From a virus (taxonomy: Duplodnaviria; Caudoviricetes), in the IMG/VR virus record IMGVR_UViG_3300020202_000007, positions 1-55,797 of that record: DNA of 55,797 bases. One strand, given 5' to 3'. The notes under the pieces were generated by a model. The model was not told the origin of the DNA and made no database searches. It saw only the letters and a list, made by a program, of their open reading frames with translations. A program made the position numbers and the translations under genes. Shown in pieces: positions 18,901-27,668 of this stretch (positions within the stretch are counted from its first letter, which is position 1; each line of letters opens with the position of its first letter).

Positions 18901-21900
18901 CAGAGCCGCCTTGCGGAAGTTTTCCCAAGCGTCCGCGAGTTTTTTCTCGGCCGCCTTCCGCTTGTCCGATTTGCGGAGAATCTTCGTCTGCCTGACCTGT
19001 TTGACGGTTTCTTCGTGGTGCCGCTTGGAAGCGAGCTCGGCTTCGAGTGCCTCGGTCTTGCGCCGCTGCTCGTCGAATTGCTTTTGCAGGTCTTCGAGTT
19101 GCTTGGATAGCTTCGTCAGTTCGGCCGTCTGATCAGGACTGAGTTCTTCCCCGTTATTCGCTTCCTGCCCCCTGCGCAGAATCGCTTCGAGCGAGAAGTC
19201 CTTCCTGAGCATCTGCTGAAGCGCAACGCCTGTCCGCCCCCAGGTCTCCTTCGACGGGTGAATGGTCTCCTCGAAATCGGTCATCGCCTTGCGGGCGTTT
19301 ATCAGGGCGGTGCGCGCCGTGGCGATCGCTACCGGGTCTTTCGAGTTCACGGCCTCGAAATACTCGTCCACCACCGGCTGCAGTTCGTTGGCCAACTGCC
19401 GGTAGCGGAACTGCAGCAGCATCGCGTCGTGCTGGCTGATCGGCCTGGGGCTCGTCGCTAGCTCGTTCACCAGTCGAATCGCCGCCTTGGGGTCTGCCGC
19501 CAGCGTCACGCGCGCGGCTTCCGCCCACTCTTCGACGGTCTGCGGAGTCGAGCCTTCCATCTCGGGCAGCCCGACCATCTCCCGCAGTTCGTTGACGATG
19601 GCCTTCTTAATGCTGGTCAGGTCATCGCTCGACGGCGGCGGCGCCTCAGCCGTCGCTTCTGGGGTCCGTGGCTCCATGCCCGCCACTTCGCCGGATCTCT
19701 GCAGCCGGTCCCATTCCGCTTCGAGGGCGGGCCTGATTCGATCGACAGCGGCCTGCCCGATGCTCTTGGCCAGGCGTTCGATGAGCGAGGCGAACTTCAG
19801 CGTGCCGGCCTTGGCGAACTTCGCGACGACTCGCCCGGCCCCAGCGATAACTTCCGGGTCGAGCATCGGGTTGCTGGCGAGGCCCTTGCCTTTGAGCGTC
19901 TTGCCGAAGGCGTCCAGTTCGTCGAAGGCTTCCTTGGTGGCTGCGTCGGCGGCTTGCTGGAGCTTGGTTGGCTTCGGCTGTGCATCGCCGCCATCCAAAC
20001 CGTCCACGTCGAACATCGTCTCTTGGCCGGGCAGGTCTTTGCCCAATCCGCTGATGAACGCCTTCTGCTTCTCTTTCGGCGTTTTGAACTGCTTGTTCGC
20101 CTGCCCGATCTCTTCGCGTCGCTCCTGGCTGGCAACGGCTTCTTCGGTTCCGGGGATGGCTGTTTGTTTGACCTCGGGAGCATTCGCGCCAAAGTCGAAA
20201 GACTCATCGCCGAGTTCTGCCGCGATCTCGGCGGCCAGCTCCTCGTCGATCTCGGCTTCCATCGCCGCATCGTCTTTGGTGAACGACTCGCTGGCGAGCA
20301 GTGCGAACAGCTTGTGCTCGTCGGTGGGCAGGCCAAGTTCTGGGTGGTCCTTGGCGTATTCCACCATCTCGTCGAAGCGCTTCAGCGAGTCGGCATCGCC
20401 ACGCTCCGCGGCGTTAAGCAGCTTCAGCTTGAACTTGCCGCGCTGGCCCTTCCCGACAAACTGAGACACAAGCTCATCGACAGCATCGTTGCGCCGCTGG
20501 AGTTCCTCTTTCGCCAGCTTTAACCGCTCGGCTCGTTCTTGCTCGAACGCTCCAGCCGTTTCTTCTTCCAGATAGCCAATGCTCGTTCGACGGCGGCCCT
20601 GCGCTCGTTCGGAGGCATCGAGTTCAGCTTGTTTCGCAATTTCTCGAGCAGCGTCGAGGAGACCTGGGGTTGGGTCTTGGCGGAAGAAGTATCCTTTGCC
20701 TGCTCGCTTCCCTTGGTAGTCGATTTGGAGTCCATCTGCGATCTCCTTCGGAATGCCGGTCACGGACCAGCCTTTCGGAGTGCTCTTTATTGTAATCCCC
20801 GCCTGAGTCAGTTCGGGAGGTACTGCTTCACGAACTGGCTCAGGCTGGGCACTGGTTTGCTCCTGGGGCTGAATTGCCCACGTCGCATCCGGCGTCAGAA
20901 CGCGACCCCTCTTCGTGACCACTTTCCCGTCGTCGCGGACCTTGGCAATCTTGAATCCACTCGGAACTTTGGGCGTGGCAACGGTGACAGGGCCTTCTTC
21001 GAGGGCGGAACGGATTTCGATAACGATGTCACGCTGCGGAGCGGTCTCGGCTGCTGGCTGCTGAATCGGCTCGGCGGCTGTCGCTGGGACTTCCTCGTCT
21101 GTCTCTACTGGCGGTTGGACCGACTGTTCCGCTTCCGGCGCTGCCGCTTCAGCTTGGGCCAGCCAGTTGAGCAGTTCTTGTGAGGTCAGTATTTCCGGTG
21201 CTGCAGCGACTTCGCCCGCTGGCTCCGCTGGTACTTCGACTTGCCCTTCCCCACGAATACCTTCGCCGCCTTCGGGTTGCCGTACTTCCGTTTCAGGGCC
21301 TGATACTGCGCTGGCATTTTGAATCTCCTGCTCGAGTTGTTGGATTTCCGCGTCGGCGCTGGCCAGCCGTTCCCTGCGGGTCTCTCCGGGGATCCCTGCG
21401 GCTTGGCCGTCCTCTGCGGAGACATAGCCCTTGGCGCGAATCTCCTTGAGTTGAGCCAGCCGTGCGGGCCGGGCAGCGCTTTCCCGGGCGACTTGCACAC
21501 CGCCAACCGCTGCTCCAGGTGCGACCATCAGGGCCAATGGCAGGGCGGTGTCCCGAATTTCCGACAAGCCGCTGGCGAGGGTCTGCCCGAATCCCTGGTC
21601 GGGAATCCGGTCGTCCATTTGGCGGCCGACTTCCAGGGCCGTTTCGCTCACGATCCTCTGAAGCCCCTCTTCTGCCAGTTCCTTCGTGTAATTGGCGGTG
21701 TACTGCTTCAGTAGCTTGCCAGCCACCTGCCGCACGGAACCACGGAACGCCGCCCCATATCCAGAAAACGGGTCGGGGAGAATGGATTCAATTGCCGCTT
21801 CGATTGGTGCGCTGATAGCGGTAATCGTGCGAGCGGTGTTCGGGTCTGCTCCTTCAGCAATTTGCGAGGAGTAGGTCTGATCGGCAATTTGCGGCAGAGA

Positions 21901-22497
21901 AGCGCCTGCCACACCAGTCGCCGTAGCGATTCCAGTGGCCTTCGCGCCCAATCCCAATGCGCGGCCGACAGCGCCAACAGCCTTCCCGCCAGTGACGGCA
22001 TGTACCGCCGGAAAGCTCATGCGACCTGTCTGCTGGACCGCACGACCAAGGAAGTTGGTTTCAGGCAGGATCGTCGGGTCGCTGCTTTCCCGGAGGCCGA
22101 TCAATTCCTGTTTGAATCTCTCTTGCTCAGCATCTAATTTTGGAAGCGCACCAACCATCTTCGCCAACGGCACACCTACGTCAGTGAACCCTTGGACCGC
22201 GGAGGTCGCCAGACGCGTCCCATAGCCAACCTTTGTCATGGTCCGGTCGGCCGCGTACTGCTTCGCGAGCATGGCCCTGAACAATTCCCAGTCGGAACGC
22301 GGAATCGCGTGCGCCGCTGAGTGCTCCCCGATCGTTGTAGCCGGCGTGCCCGAGAACCGTTCTGCGATGGCAGTGTACGCCTTGACCTTCTTCGGATTGG
22401 CTATCGCGATGATCTCATCGTGACCAAGTTCGTCCGCCGCGATGGCGTCTCCCGGAGGAGTCCACGCCACGGCATCTGTCGGTGGTTCCCAGGGCAT
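15976..22497 (-). CDS. Very large (about 2,173 aa) helical protein, probable internal virion / DNA-ejection protein
   Basis: Last gene of the structural operon. Probable start MPWEPP at 22497. Hydrophobic Gly/Ala segments near both ends and long helical stretches. Confidence 0.7.
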   Translation of the reverse strand: MPWEPPTDAVAWTPPGDAIAADELGHDEIIAIANPKKVKAYTAIAERFSGTPATTIGEHSAAHAIPRSDWELFRAMLAKQYAADRTMTKVGYGTRLATSAVQGFTDVGVPLAKMVGALPKLDAEQERFKQELIGLRESSDPTILPETNFLGRAVQQTGRMSFPAVHAVTGGKAVGAVGRALGLGAKATGIATATGVAGASLPQIADQTYSSQIAEGADPNTARTITAISAPIEAAIESILPDPFSGYGAAFRGSVRQVAGKLLKQYTANYTKELAEEGLQRIVSETALEVGRQMDDRIPDQGFGQTLASGLSEIRDTALPLALMVAPGAAVGGVQVARESAARPARLAQLKEIRAKGYVSAEDGQAAGIPGETRRERLASADAEIQQLEQEIQNASAVSGPETEVRQPEGGEGIRGEGQVEVPAEPAGEVAAAPEILTSQELLNWLAQAEAAAPEAEQSVQPPVETDEEVPATAAEPIQQPAAETAPQRDIVIEIRSALEEGPVTVATPKVPSGFKIAKVRDDGKVVTKRGRVLTPDATWAIQPQEQTSAQPEPVREAVPPELTQAGITIKSTPKGWSVTGIPKEIADGLQIDYQGKRAGKGYFFRQDPTPGLLDAAREIAKQAELDASERAQGRRRTSIGYLEEETAGAFEQERAERLKLAKEELQRRNDAVDELVSQFVGKGQRGKFKLKLLNAAERGDADSLKRFDEMVEYAKDHPELGLPTDEHKLFALLASESFTKDDAAMEAEIDEELAAEIAAELGDESFDFGANAPEVKQTAIPGTEEAVASQERREEIGQANKQFKTPKEKQKAFISGLGKDLPGQETMFDVDGLDGGDAQPKPTKLQQAADAATKEAFDELDAFGKTLKGKGLASNPMLDPEVIAGAGRVVAKFAKAGTLKFASLIERLAKSIGQAAVDRIRPALEAEWDRLQRSGEVAGMEPRTPEATAEAPPPSSDDLTSIKKAIVNELREMVGLPEMEGSTPQTVEEWAEAARVTLAADPKAAIRLVNELATSPRPISQHDAMLLQFRYRQLANELQPVVDEYFEAVNSKDPVAIATARTALINARKAMTDFEETIHPSKETWGRTGVALQQMLRKDFSLEAILRRGQEANNGEELSPDQTAELTKLSKQLEDLQKQFDEQRRKTEALEAELASKRHHEETVKQVRQTKILRKSDKRKAAEKKLADAWENFRKAALTQAGAGPHLLGPAVEVAKAYVELGYVRFAEFMAAVRQNIPDADEKLFRQAWDQTSEAPEVDLTDRASLTKEARRIQRTLVELGMTDREQVIDTVHQALKEELPDLTRRQAMDALSRYGQFQTQSQDEIEKLIRGMNAEILKLSQIDQIEKAMQRVDELRAQGKTDEEIGKALADEKLLVEATGLVRDRPSHTIRQLTQKYNELKKAIPATPAGKAGLLQTALAQIERSLTNRIQDLRWEIEHGERIVRENRERPTSERITALEAERDALLNIHREMFPPKKKTMTEAQRIASAIRAADRAIEQMEKQLETRDFDQERRATLSSPELNARRARLQQLRAAREAAKALELDRMEGEGGRPTGRVPLSDAEIARRVYEASLRRRIADYQQTLAEGDFSPKPKKGPRELSASELKLKREMEDIRHQVLQKYADYHLAHLKGIAWTADKIMEAAHLSRALMTSFDLSAVMRQGGLAAMGHPVLAKRALVETVVSIASTYNSANAKALQGGVTLENVSKFLSTIDSRQAEFSFMHKLTQGAEGEFRLKAGLNLPSTDQAITRQEEAFQGRWGKLVPGVAVSSRLYTMILNKLRADLFDSMVQNLGRGGKVTMDEAKVIASFVNVATGRADLKMFNRAAATLNMVFFAPRYVASRFQYLAMPFYLPFTKGSWRVKRAIYQEYGRTAAGIGTALGLFALLGQLLYDDDDDDRPQIETDARSSDFLKVRIGETRLDFMAGLSQVIVLSSRLTVGQSKSSVTGKIRNFGEGYKPETRMSALARFGRTKFAPVPGAIATVADDWTNIVGQKETTWSLAGSMVSPLSMKDVVTTMRAQGLPKGTAMSLLSILGVGMSTYGPRTEYMTGDEEERQAQIAKDLKAMAWDSPEPAYSEFLTAGQLEQFEQRRQEKRGLVVYNATYGGKDEQEMVTRDKNREHLKEMGVSFEEARELLKDYYRRPDEKGRRGGITEGYFPRLRALKRIYE

Positions 22498-22499
22498 GT

Positions 22500-23603
22500 C
22501 TATGGCTTCCGCTTGATGTAAACCTTGCCGTCCGGTCCACGCATGGATTGTCCTACTTCGAGCCCGGCCCACTGCTGGTCGAAATCAGCGGTGCCTCCTT
22601 GTGTTGCGCCGCCCGTGGTCCACGAACGCTCTCCGCGCGCCAGCCGAGCCTGCATGTCATCGTAAGCTGCCTGCATGCGCGGCGCAGTTGGCCCGCCGAT
22701 TCGCGGCACGGCCGGCTGTTGCGCCCCGCCTCCCGAAAGCCGCTGACGGAATTGCTCGACCTGCATTTGCTCCGCGATGGCCCGCTGCTGGGCCTCCTCG
22801 TCGGACAATAGCTCGCCCGTGTCTTCGTTCGCCTGACCTCGCAACTTCTCATACCGCTTCACCACGCCTTCCCGGAACTCCTGCGCCGCCTTGGCCTGCC
22901 CGTCACCCGGCATCTTGAACCCAGAGGGCAGCGACATTTCACCTTGATCGTTGAATTGCCAAGGCAGGTTCTTGAACTGCTCGTAGTTGTTGCCCAACTT
23001 CCCCTTCACTCGCTCGTCGTAGGGAATCTCGTTGGTCGGCTGGGCCAATCGCAGAAGCTGCCGCTTTTCCGCGTCGTAGCTCTGCCGAAACTCCTCCTGC
23101 TCGGCTGGCGCCAGTTTCATCGCATCGACTCGGCCGGCTTCGAGTTGCCGAAGCCTCTTTTGAGCCGCTTCGGGAAGCACCAATTCGCCTCTCTGAAGGC
23201 CTGTCTGAATGTGCTGGTCGGCGATAAAGTCCTGCTGACGCTGCTGCTCAAGTAGTCGCTGCTTGCGGTCTAAGTCGGACTCGTCGGCGCGAGCGTCGAG
23301 TACGGCTTCCTGCTGCCCTGCTTGAAACTTGCGACCCAGATCCGCCTGCTCTCCGCGGAATTGCAACTCCGCCTTCTGCTGCCCCGCTTGAAACTCGCGG
23401 CCGATTTGCGCGAGGTCTGCCGTTTGCTGGCGCGAGAGGGCATTCTGCCCGGCCTGGAAGTTCTGCTGCTGCTTCAGGAGTTGCTCCTGCTGCCACCGCT
23501 TTAGCGCGTCGTCCTGAAGTTTGTTTTCTCGATGGCCTCTGCCGGCCGCAAAGCCAGCGAGCAGTACAGGACCAGGGGCGCCATATTTGAGGACGATTGC
23601 CAT
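22500..23603 (-). CDS. Gln-rich probable internal virion protein
   Basis: Q-rich helical repeats (FQAGQ); lies upstream of the giant gene. Confidence 0.65.
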   Translation of the reverse strand: MAIVLKYGAPGPVLLAGFAAGRGHRENKLQDDALKRWQQEQLLKQQQNFQAGQNALSRQQTADLAQIGREFQAGQQKAELQFRGEQADLGRKFQAGQQEAVLDARADESDLDRKQRLLEQQRQQDFIADQHIQTGLQRGELVLPEAAQKRLRQLEAGRVDAMKLAPAEQEEFRQSYDAEKRQLLRLAQPTNEIPYDERVKGKLGNNYEQFKNLPWQFNDQGEMSLPSGFKMPGDGQAKAAQEFREGVVKRYEKLRGQANEDTGELLSDEEAQQRAIAEQMQVEQFRQRLSGGGAQQPAVPRIGGPTAPRMQAAYDDMQARLARGERSWTTGGATQGGTADFDQQWAGLEVGQSMRGPDGKVYIKRKP

Positions 23604-23935
23604 CAGTTATTCCTCGCTGTGAATCGGCCGACCCACGAGAGCCATCTGCCCACCCAAGCCCCGACGCGGTTCAAGCTGGCCTCTCGCTCGCCGCAGCCGC
23701 ACTTGGGCGCGAGACCGAGCTTGCGCTTGAGCCAGAGGTAGTCTCGCTTGCGGATGAAGCAGGCGGCCAGAATGAGCGTGAGCCAGTGGCCGAGTTCGCT
23801 CCATTCTGGATACGCCGAACACATAACCGGATCGCCCTTCCATTTCGACGGATGATCCTGGGACGGAATCGGTTTTCTGTTGCACCGAGGACACTGCCAC
23901 CCACCCTCTGACGGCTCTAAGCGACACGGAATCAT
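23603..23935 (-). CDS. Small Cys-rich protein
   Basis: CPRC, KCGCGEREASLN; coupled at both ends. Confidence 0.65.
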   Translation of the reverse strand: MIPCRLEPSEGGWQCPRCNRKPIPSQDHPSKWKGDPVMCSAYPEWSELGHWLTLILAACFIRKRDYLWLKRKLGLAPKCGCGEREASLNRVGAWVGRWLSWVGRFTARNN

Positions 23936-24597
23936 ATTGCAGTCACCTCAGCGGCGCCGGTTCCGACCTGTGCATTGCAATGGCTCGAGGCAGCAAAGAC
24001 AGCATTTATCGGATACGACTCCGAAGACAGGCTGCCGCAGTCTGCGCCGCCGGCAAATGTTTTATCGTAAATGAAAATATGGTCGAACGTACCGCCACCA
24101 CCTTCCGGCAAGTGATGGCAATCGCCTCCCGGATTTGGAGTGTAAAACCGCGTAAACGCAACTCGCGAATATGTACTTACACCCAGAACAATGAATTCCA
24201 GATAGATGCCGTTCACAGCCAATCTCTGGTCGGTCGCCTCTTCCGCTGGCCCAATGCACTTGCAGGTGTCGAATGTCGCGCGAAACACGCACCCGGCGGT
24301 CGCCCCCGCTAGATATGGCGACTCACTCAGTATGTACGTCCCATTGAAGTCTCCGGGGCAATCGCACAGTCCGCCCACTGCGTTGGCCATTCCCTGCACG
24401 AGAATCGAGTATTGGGCCGCTGGCGAAGACGTGCATCGACCGCACGCAGGTGGAAATATGGGCCGGAACAGCCCGAGCGGCGTCCATGCGTGGAACGCAA
24501 TGAAGTACACCGCGGACTCCTGCCAGATAGCGCATGCTGCCAGCACTGCCGCGCATAGCAGCCAGAATCGAATCGTTAGCAGGCGGTGGTCGGTCAT
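23932..24597 (-). CDS. Cys-rich protein with an N-terminal hydrophobic segment
   Basis: FWLLCAAVLAACAIW; many Cys residues; ATGA coupling. Confidence 0.65.
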   Translation of the reverse strand: MTDHRLLTIRFWLLCAAVLAACAIWQESAVYFIAFHAWTPLGLFRPIFPPACGRCTSSPAAQYSILVQGMANAVGGLCDCPGDFNGTYILSESPYLAGATAGCVFRATFDTCKCIGPAEEATDQRLAVNGIYLEFIVLGVSTYSRVAFTRFYTPNPGGDCHHLPEGGGGTFDHIFIYDKTFAGGADCGSLSSESYPINAVFAASSHCNAQVGTGAAEVTAI

Positions 24598-25661
24598 GTC
24601 TGGTGCGGAGAAACATATGCCTGACCGTTGACGACCTCCACAAAGCCGTATTTAGTGTTCGGCCACGATACCGATGAGCGGTTGTAAACGCTGATATTGA
24701 ACCCAGAGTCGGATTCGCTGCCCGCCGTGCCACCCCAGACATCGACTGTGCGGGTTCCCCCTGCGGGAACCGCTGAGCCACTATTGTTCTTCACGAGAAT
24801 CTGACCGGGAATCCTTTGGATGATGTTGACCTTCGTGCCGTCAGCGCCGCCCAAAATGAAAAAGCCGGGACCGTTTTTATGGAGCAGCCACGAATCGGGA
24901 ACCGGGGACCATTGCTCGCCCGGCTGCGGCGTGTTGGCAGTGTTGTAGAGCGCGTATTGCTCCGGCTCGTCGCTGGTATAGAAATAGCCCGTCCCGAGCC
25001 TGTCGTCCGCAATGGCGCGCGGACCGTTAATCAGATACAGCCCGCTCCAATTATTGTCAGCCTTGTCAATCACCAAGCTGAATGGCTGGCCAGCGGCTTT
25101 GGCAATGTCATCCGTGATCTTCATCACCGCGTAGGCCGGTGCCGTTTCCCCGGAATCGTTGAGAAATGTAATGCCGGGGCGCGGCAGGCAGCTTATATCC
25201 AGCCAGGAAATCGCTACGTCGTTGTCATCCCGCAGTAACCCTATCGTCTCTTCCAAATCGCCAGGCTGCCCGATGTACTGGCTAGACACCCCTTGGTTAT
25301 CGCCAAGCCGCGTGCGAATCCGCGCTGCTACCAAGACCTCACCACGCCTATAAGGAAACGTGCCGCGCAGCGAGTACGGTTTGGCCACATTGATCGGCTG
25401 CGAGCCCCCGGCCGTTGCCGGATCATGTAGATACCGGAAGCGTGGATCGACGGTAGGCTCGAACCCGCGGCAGACGATGTAGTTGGCGTGGTTGTCTGCC
25501 TGATCTGGGTCGTCGGGGTCGTCGCCAATCACCTGAAATGTCGCCAGCACGGTCCCGGTGGTGTCATAGCGCCCCAAAGGCGCACGTTCGCCAGTAGCCG
25601 GGTTGTATGGTGCCCCCGGCATCCTGAAGTGCGGCGCAGGTTGTCGCTTCTTTCTGAACAT
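24594..25661 (-). CDS. Putative tail-associated structural protein
   Basis: Beta-rich composition; duplicated N(D/N)SG motif; operon position. Confidence 0.6.
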   Translation of the reverse strand: MFRKKRQPAPHFRMPGAPYNPATGERAPLGRYDTTGTVLATFQVIGDDPDDPDQADNHANYIVCRGFEPTVDPRFRYLHDPATAGGSQPINVAKPYSLRGTFPYRRGEVLVAARIRTRLGDNQGVSSQYIGQPGDLEETIGLLRDDNDVAISWLDISCLPRPGITFLNDSGETAPAYAVMKITDDIAKAAGQPFSLVIDKADNNWSGLYLINGPRAIADDRLGTGYFYTSDEPEQYALYNTANTPQPGEQWSPVPDSWLLHKNGPGFFILGGADGTKVNIIQRIPGQILVKNNSGSAVPAGGTRTVDVWGGTAGSESDSGFNISVYNRSSVSWPNTKYGFVEVVNGQAYVSPHQT

Positions 25662-27658
25662 TACGGCGCAACCCAGCCCGAACCGGCGTCTCCCAAGGAG
25701 AACGCCAGCTTGGAAATTTCGCTGACATCGGGGTATTCGTCGCTGCGATCCTGAATCACGCGGAACATCCCCACCAGGAAGTTGTTCCGGCTATCAAGCT
25801 GGTACTTCATCAGCTCCAGCTCCCCCTGAGAGGTTCCCTGCTTTGCTTGCAGTCGGCGGGCGGCGATTTCCATGAGCTGAACATTGAGCTTGACCCGCAT
25901 ATCGCAGAGGTATCCCCCCTTTTGCAGGCTCATCGCCGAGTATTTCGCCCTGCCGTCCAGAACCGCCGCCACGGCATCGTTGAGTTGGGCGAGCAGCTTG
26001 TCTCGCTGGGCGGTTTCGTTGCGTGACACGTCCAGGGTGGCAGCATGGGACTGGACCGTCCCTTCAATTCGCTGGCGGCGAATGGCGGACAGCTCGGCGA
26101 AGATCTGGGATGTGTTCTGGAGCTTTACCCGGTCGAGGGCGTCGCGCAACACCTGCACACGATCGCGGGCCTCCATCGTGCGCGTCCTGACCGCCGTAAG
26201 CCGGGTTTCGAGATTGTCGGCGATTTCCGCTTGGAACCGTGTGAACTGATCCTTCAGTCCATAAATTGCCGTCTGAGCCGAGAGCGTCCTGTCCCTGACG
26301 CCTTGTAGTTGTCCGAAAAGCTGATGGGCCGACTGCGCGCGGTAGCGAAGCATATCCTGCTGAATGCCGTGCAGACGATCCCGGCCGTCGAGGCTACGGG
26401 CCCGCATCTTGTCTTGCTGCTCGAAAATCTGGTGTTGGTTCGCCAGTTTCTCACGCGCCAGCCGGTCGTTCAGTTCCACGATGGCCTGATTTCGCTCGCG
26501 CTCGACGCGATCCTGCTGGTCGTTCAGGAGCCCCGATGAGTAAAGGCCGCGATCCATCAGCTTCTGCGCGACATCCGCCAGCCGGGCGTCGAACGCTTCG
26601 TTGATCCTGGCGAGTTCCGTCGCTCCGAGGTTGGTCAAAAACGCGCGTGCCGTGCTGGCGTGGGTGGTGAAGTCGGACGCCAGCGAGGAGAGGATTGCTT
26701 CGTAGCTGACTTGATGGCTGCTGAAAGCGTTTTCAATGCGAGTCATCAGCGATCCGATGGAGCTCGAGAGCGAGCTGTAGTCCGACAATATCGAGGACAG
26801 CAGTGAATCGACTTGAGCGCCGTAGGCCGTCAGGACCGCCTGGGCGCTAGTTTTCAGTGCGTTGACTGCGGAAGCGTGAGCCGTGTGGTCTGCCAGCAGC
26901 TTATCGGTCAGTGCCAGTTGAGCGGTTATGTGGGGTTCCAAGTCGTCCGTCATTTCGCTCAGCAGATCGGCGAGCGATTCCGTGTGCGTCAGGTACTCCT
27001 CGTCCAGCAAGTCCAGTTGTGCGATGTAATCTTCCAAGTAGGCTTCCAGGGCATCGCTCTGCTGCGTTAGCAGGGTTGCGATCGTTTCGGCGTGGCCCTC
27101 GTAGTTGACTTCGATGTCGTTGAGCTTCTCTAGGTAGGCGGCAAGCTGCGTTGCCACCCTATCGGACTCGGCCAGTGCCTCGCTCCGGGCCAGCCCGATT
27201 TGCGTGGAGATGGCATCCAGATCGTTCGTGAACGGGGTCATATAGACCACCACGTCGGCATCCGACTTGGCGGTCATCTGCCGGTAGTGCTGCTGCGACT
27301 GTGCGAAGGCGTTGTTCCAGACGGTGACAATATCTCTGTACCGGAGATAGTTCATCGTCCGGCCTTCGTTGAACGCGCTGGTCAGCGAATTCATCAACTG
27401 CTGTAGGATCAGCCAGTTGTTCATGGACGCCTTGTACATCGCATATGATGGCGTCGGCGGCGACGTGGTGCTGTCGTGAGAAACCGACGCCACTGCCCAG
27501 CCCTGCGCCGTCAGCCAGCCCATCATTTCGTGGTCAATTCCCGTGACGTAGGACTGGGTAAACCAGTCCGGCGCGAACGGCGACTGGTACCGTTGCGGCG
27601 GGATGTTGTGGGTCATCTGCCCACCGGGATTCATTGTCGGAAGATTCGGTGTCGCCAT
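25661..27658 (-). CDS. Long coiled-coil virion protein (665 aa)
   Basis: Extended heptad pattern; structural operon. Confidence 0.7.
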   Translation of the reverse strand: MATPNLPTMNPGGQMTHNIPPQRYQSPFAPDWFTQSYVTGIDHEMMGWLTAQGWAVASVSHDSTTSPPTPSYAMYKASMNNWLILQQLMNSLTSAFNEGRTMNYLRYRDIVTVWNNAFAQSQQHYRQMTAKSDADVVVYMTPFTNDLDAISTQIGLARSEALAESDRVATQLAAYLEKLNDIEVNYEGHAETIATLLTQQSDALEAYLEDYIAQLDLLDEEYLTHTESLADLLSEMTDDLEPHITAQLALTDKLLADHTAHASAVNALKTSAQAVLTAYGAQVDSLLSSILSDYSSLSSSIGSLMTRIENAFSSHQVSYEAILSSLASDFTTHASTARAFLTNLGATELARINEAFDARLADVAQKLMDRGLYSSGLLNDQQDRVERERNQAIVELNDRLAREKLANQHQIFEQQDKMRARSLDGRDRLHGIQQDMLRYRAQSAHQLFGQLQGVRDRTLSAQTAIYGLKDQFTRFQAEIADNLETRLTAVRTRTMEARDRVQVLRDALDRVKLQNTSQIFAELSAIRRQRIEGTVQSHAATLDVSRNETAQRDKLLAQLNDAVAAVLDGRAKYSAMSLQKGGYLCDMRVKLNVQLMEIAARRLQAKQGTSQGELELMKYQLDSRNNFLVGMFRVIQDRSDEYPDVSEISKLAFSLGDAGSGWVAP

Positions 27659-27668
27659 CGCTTCGTCC

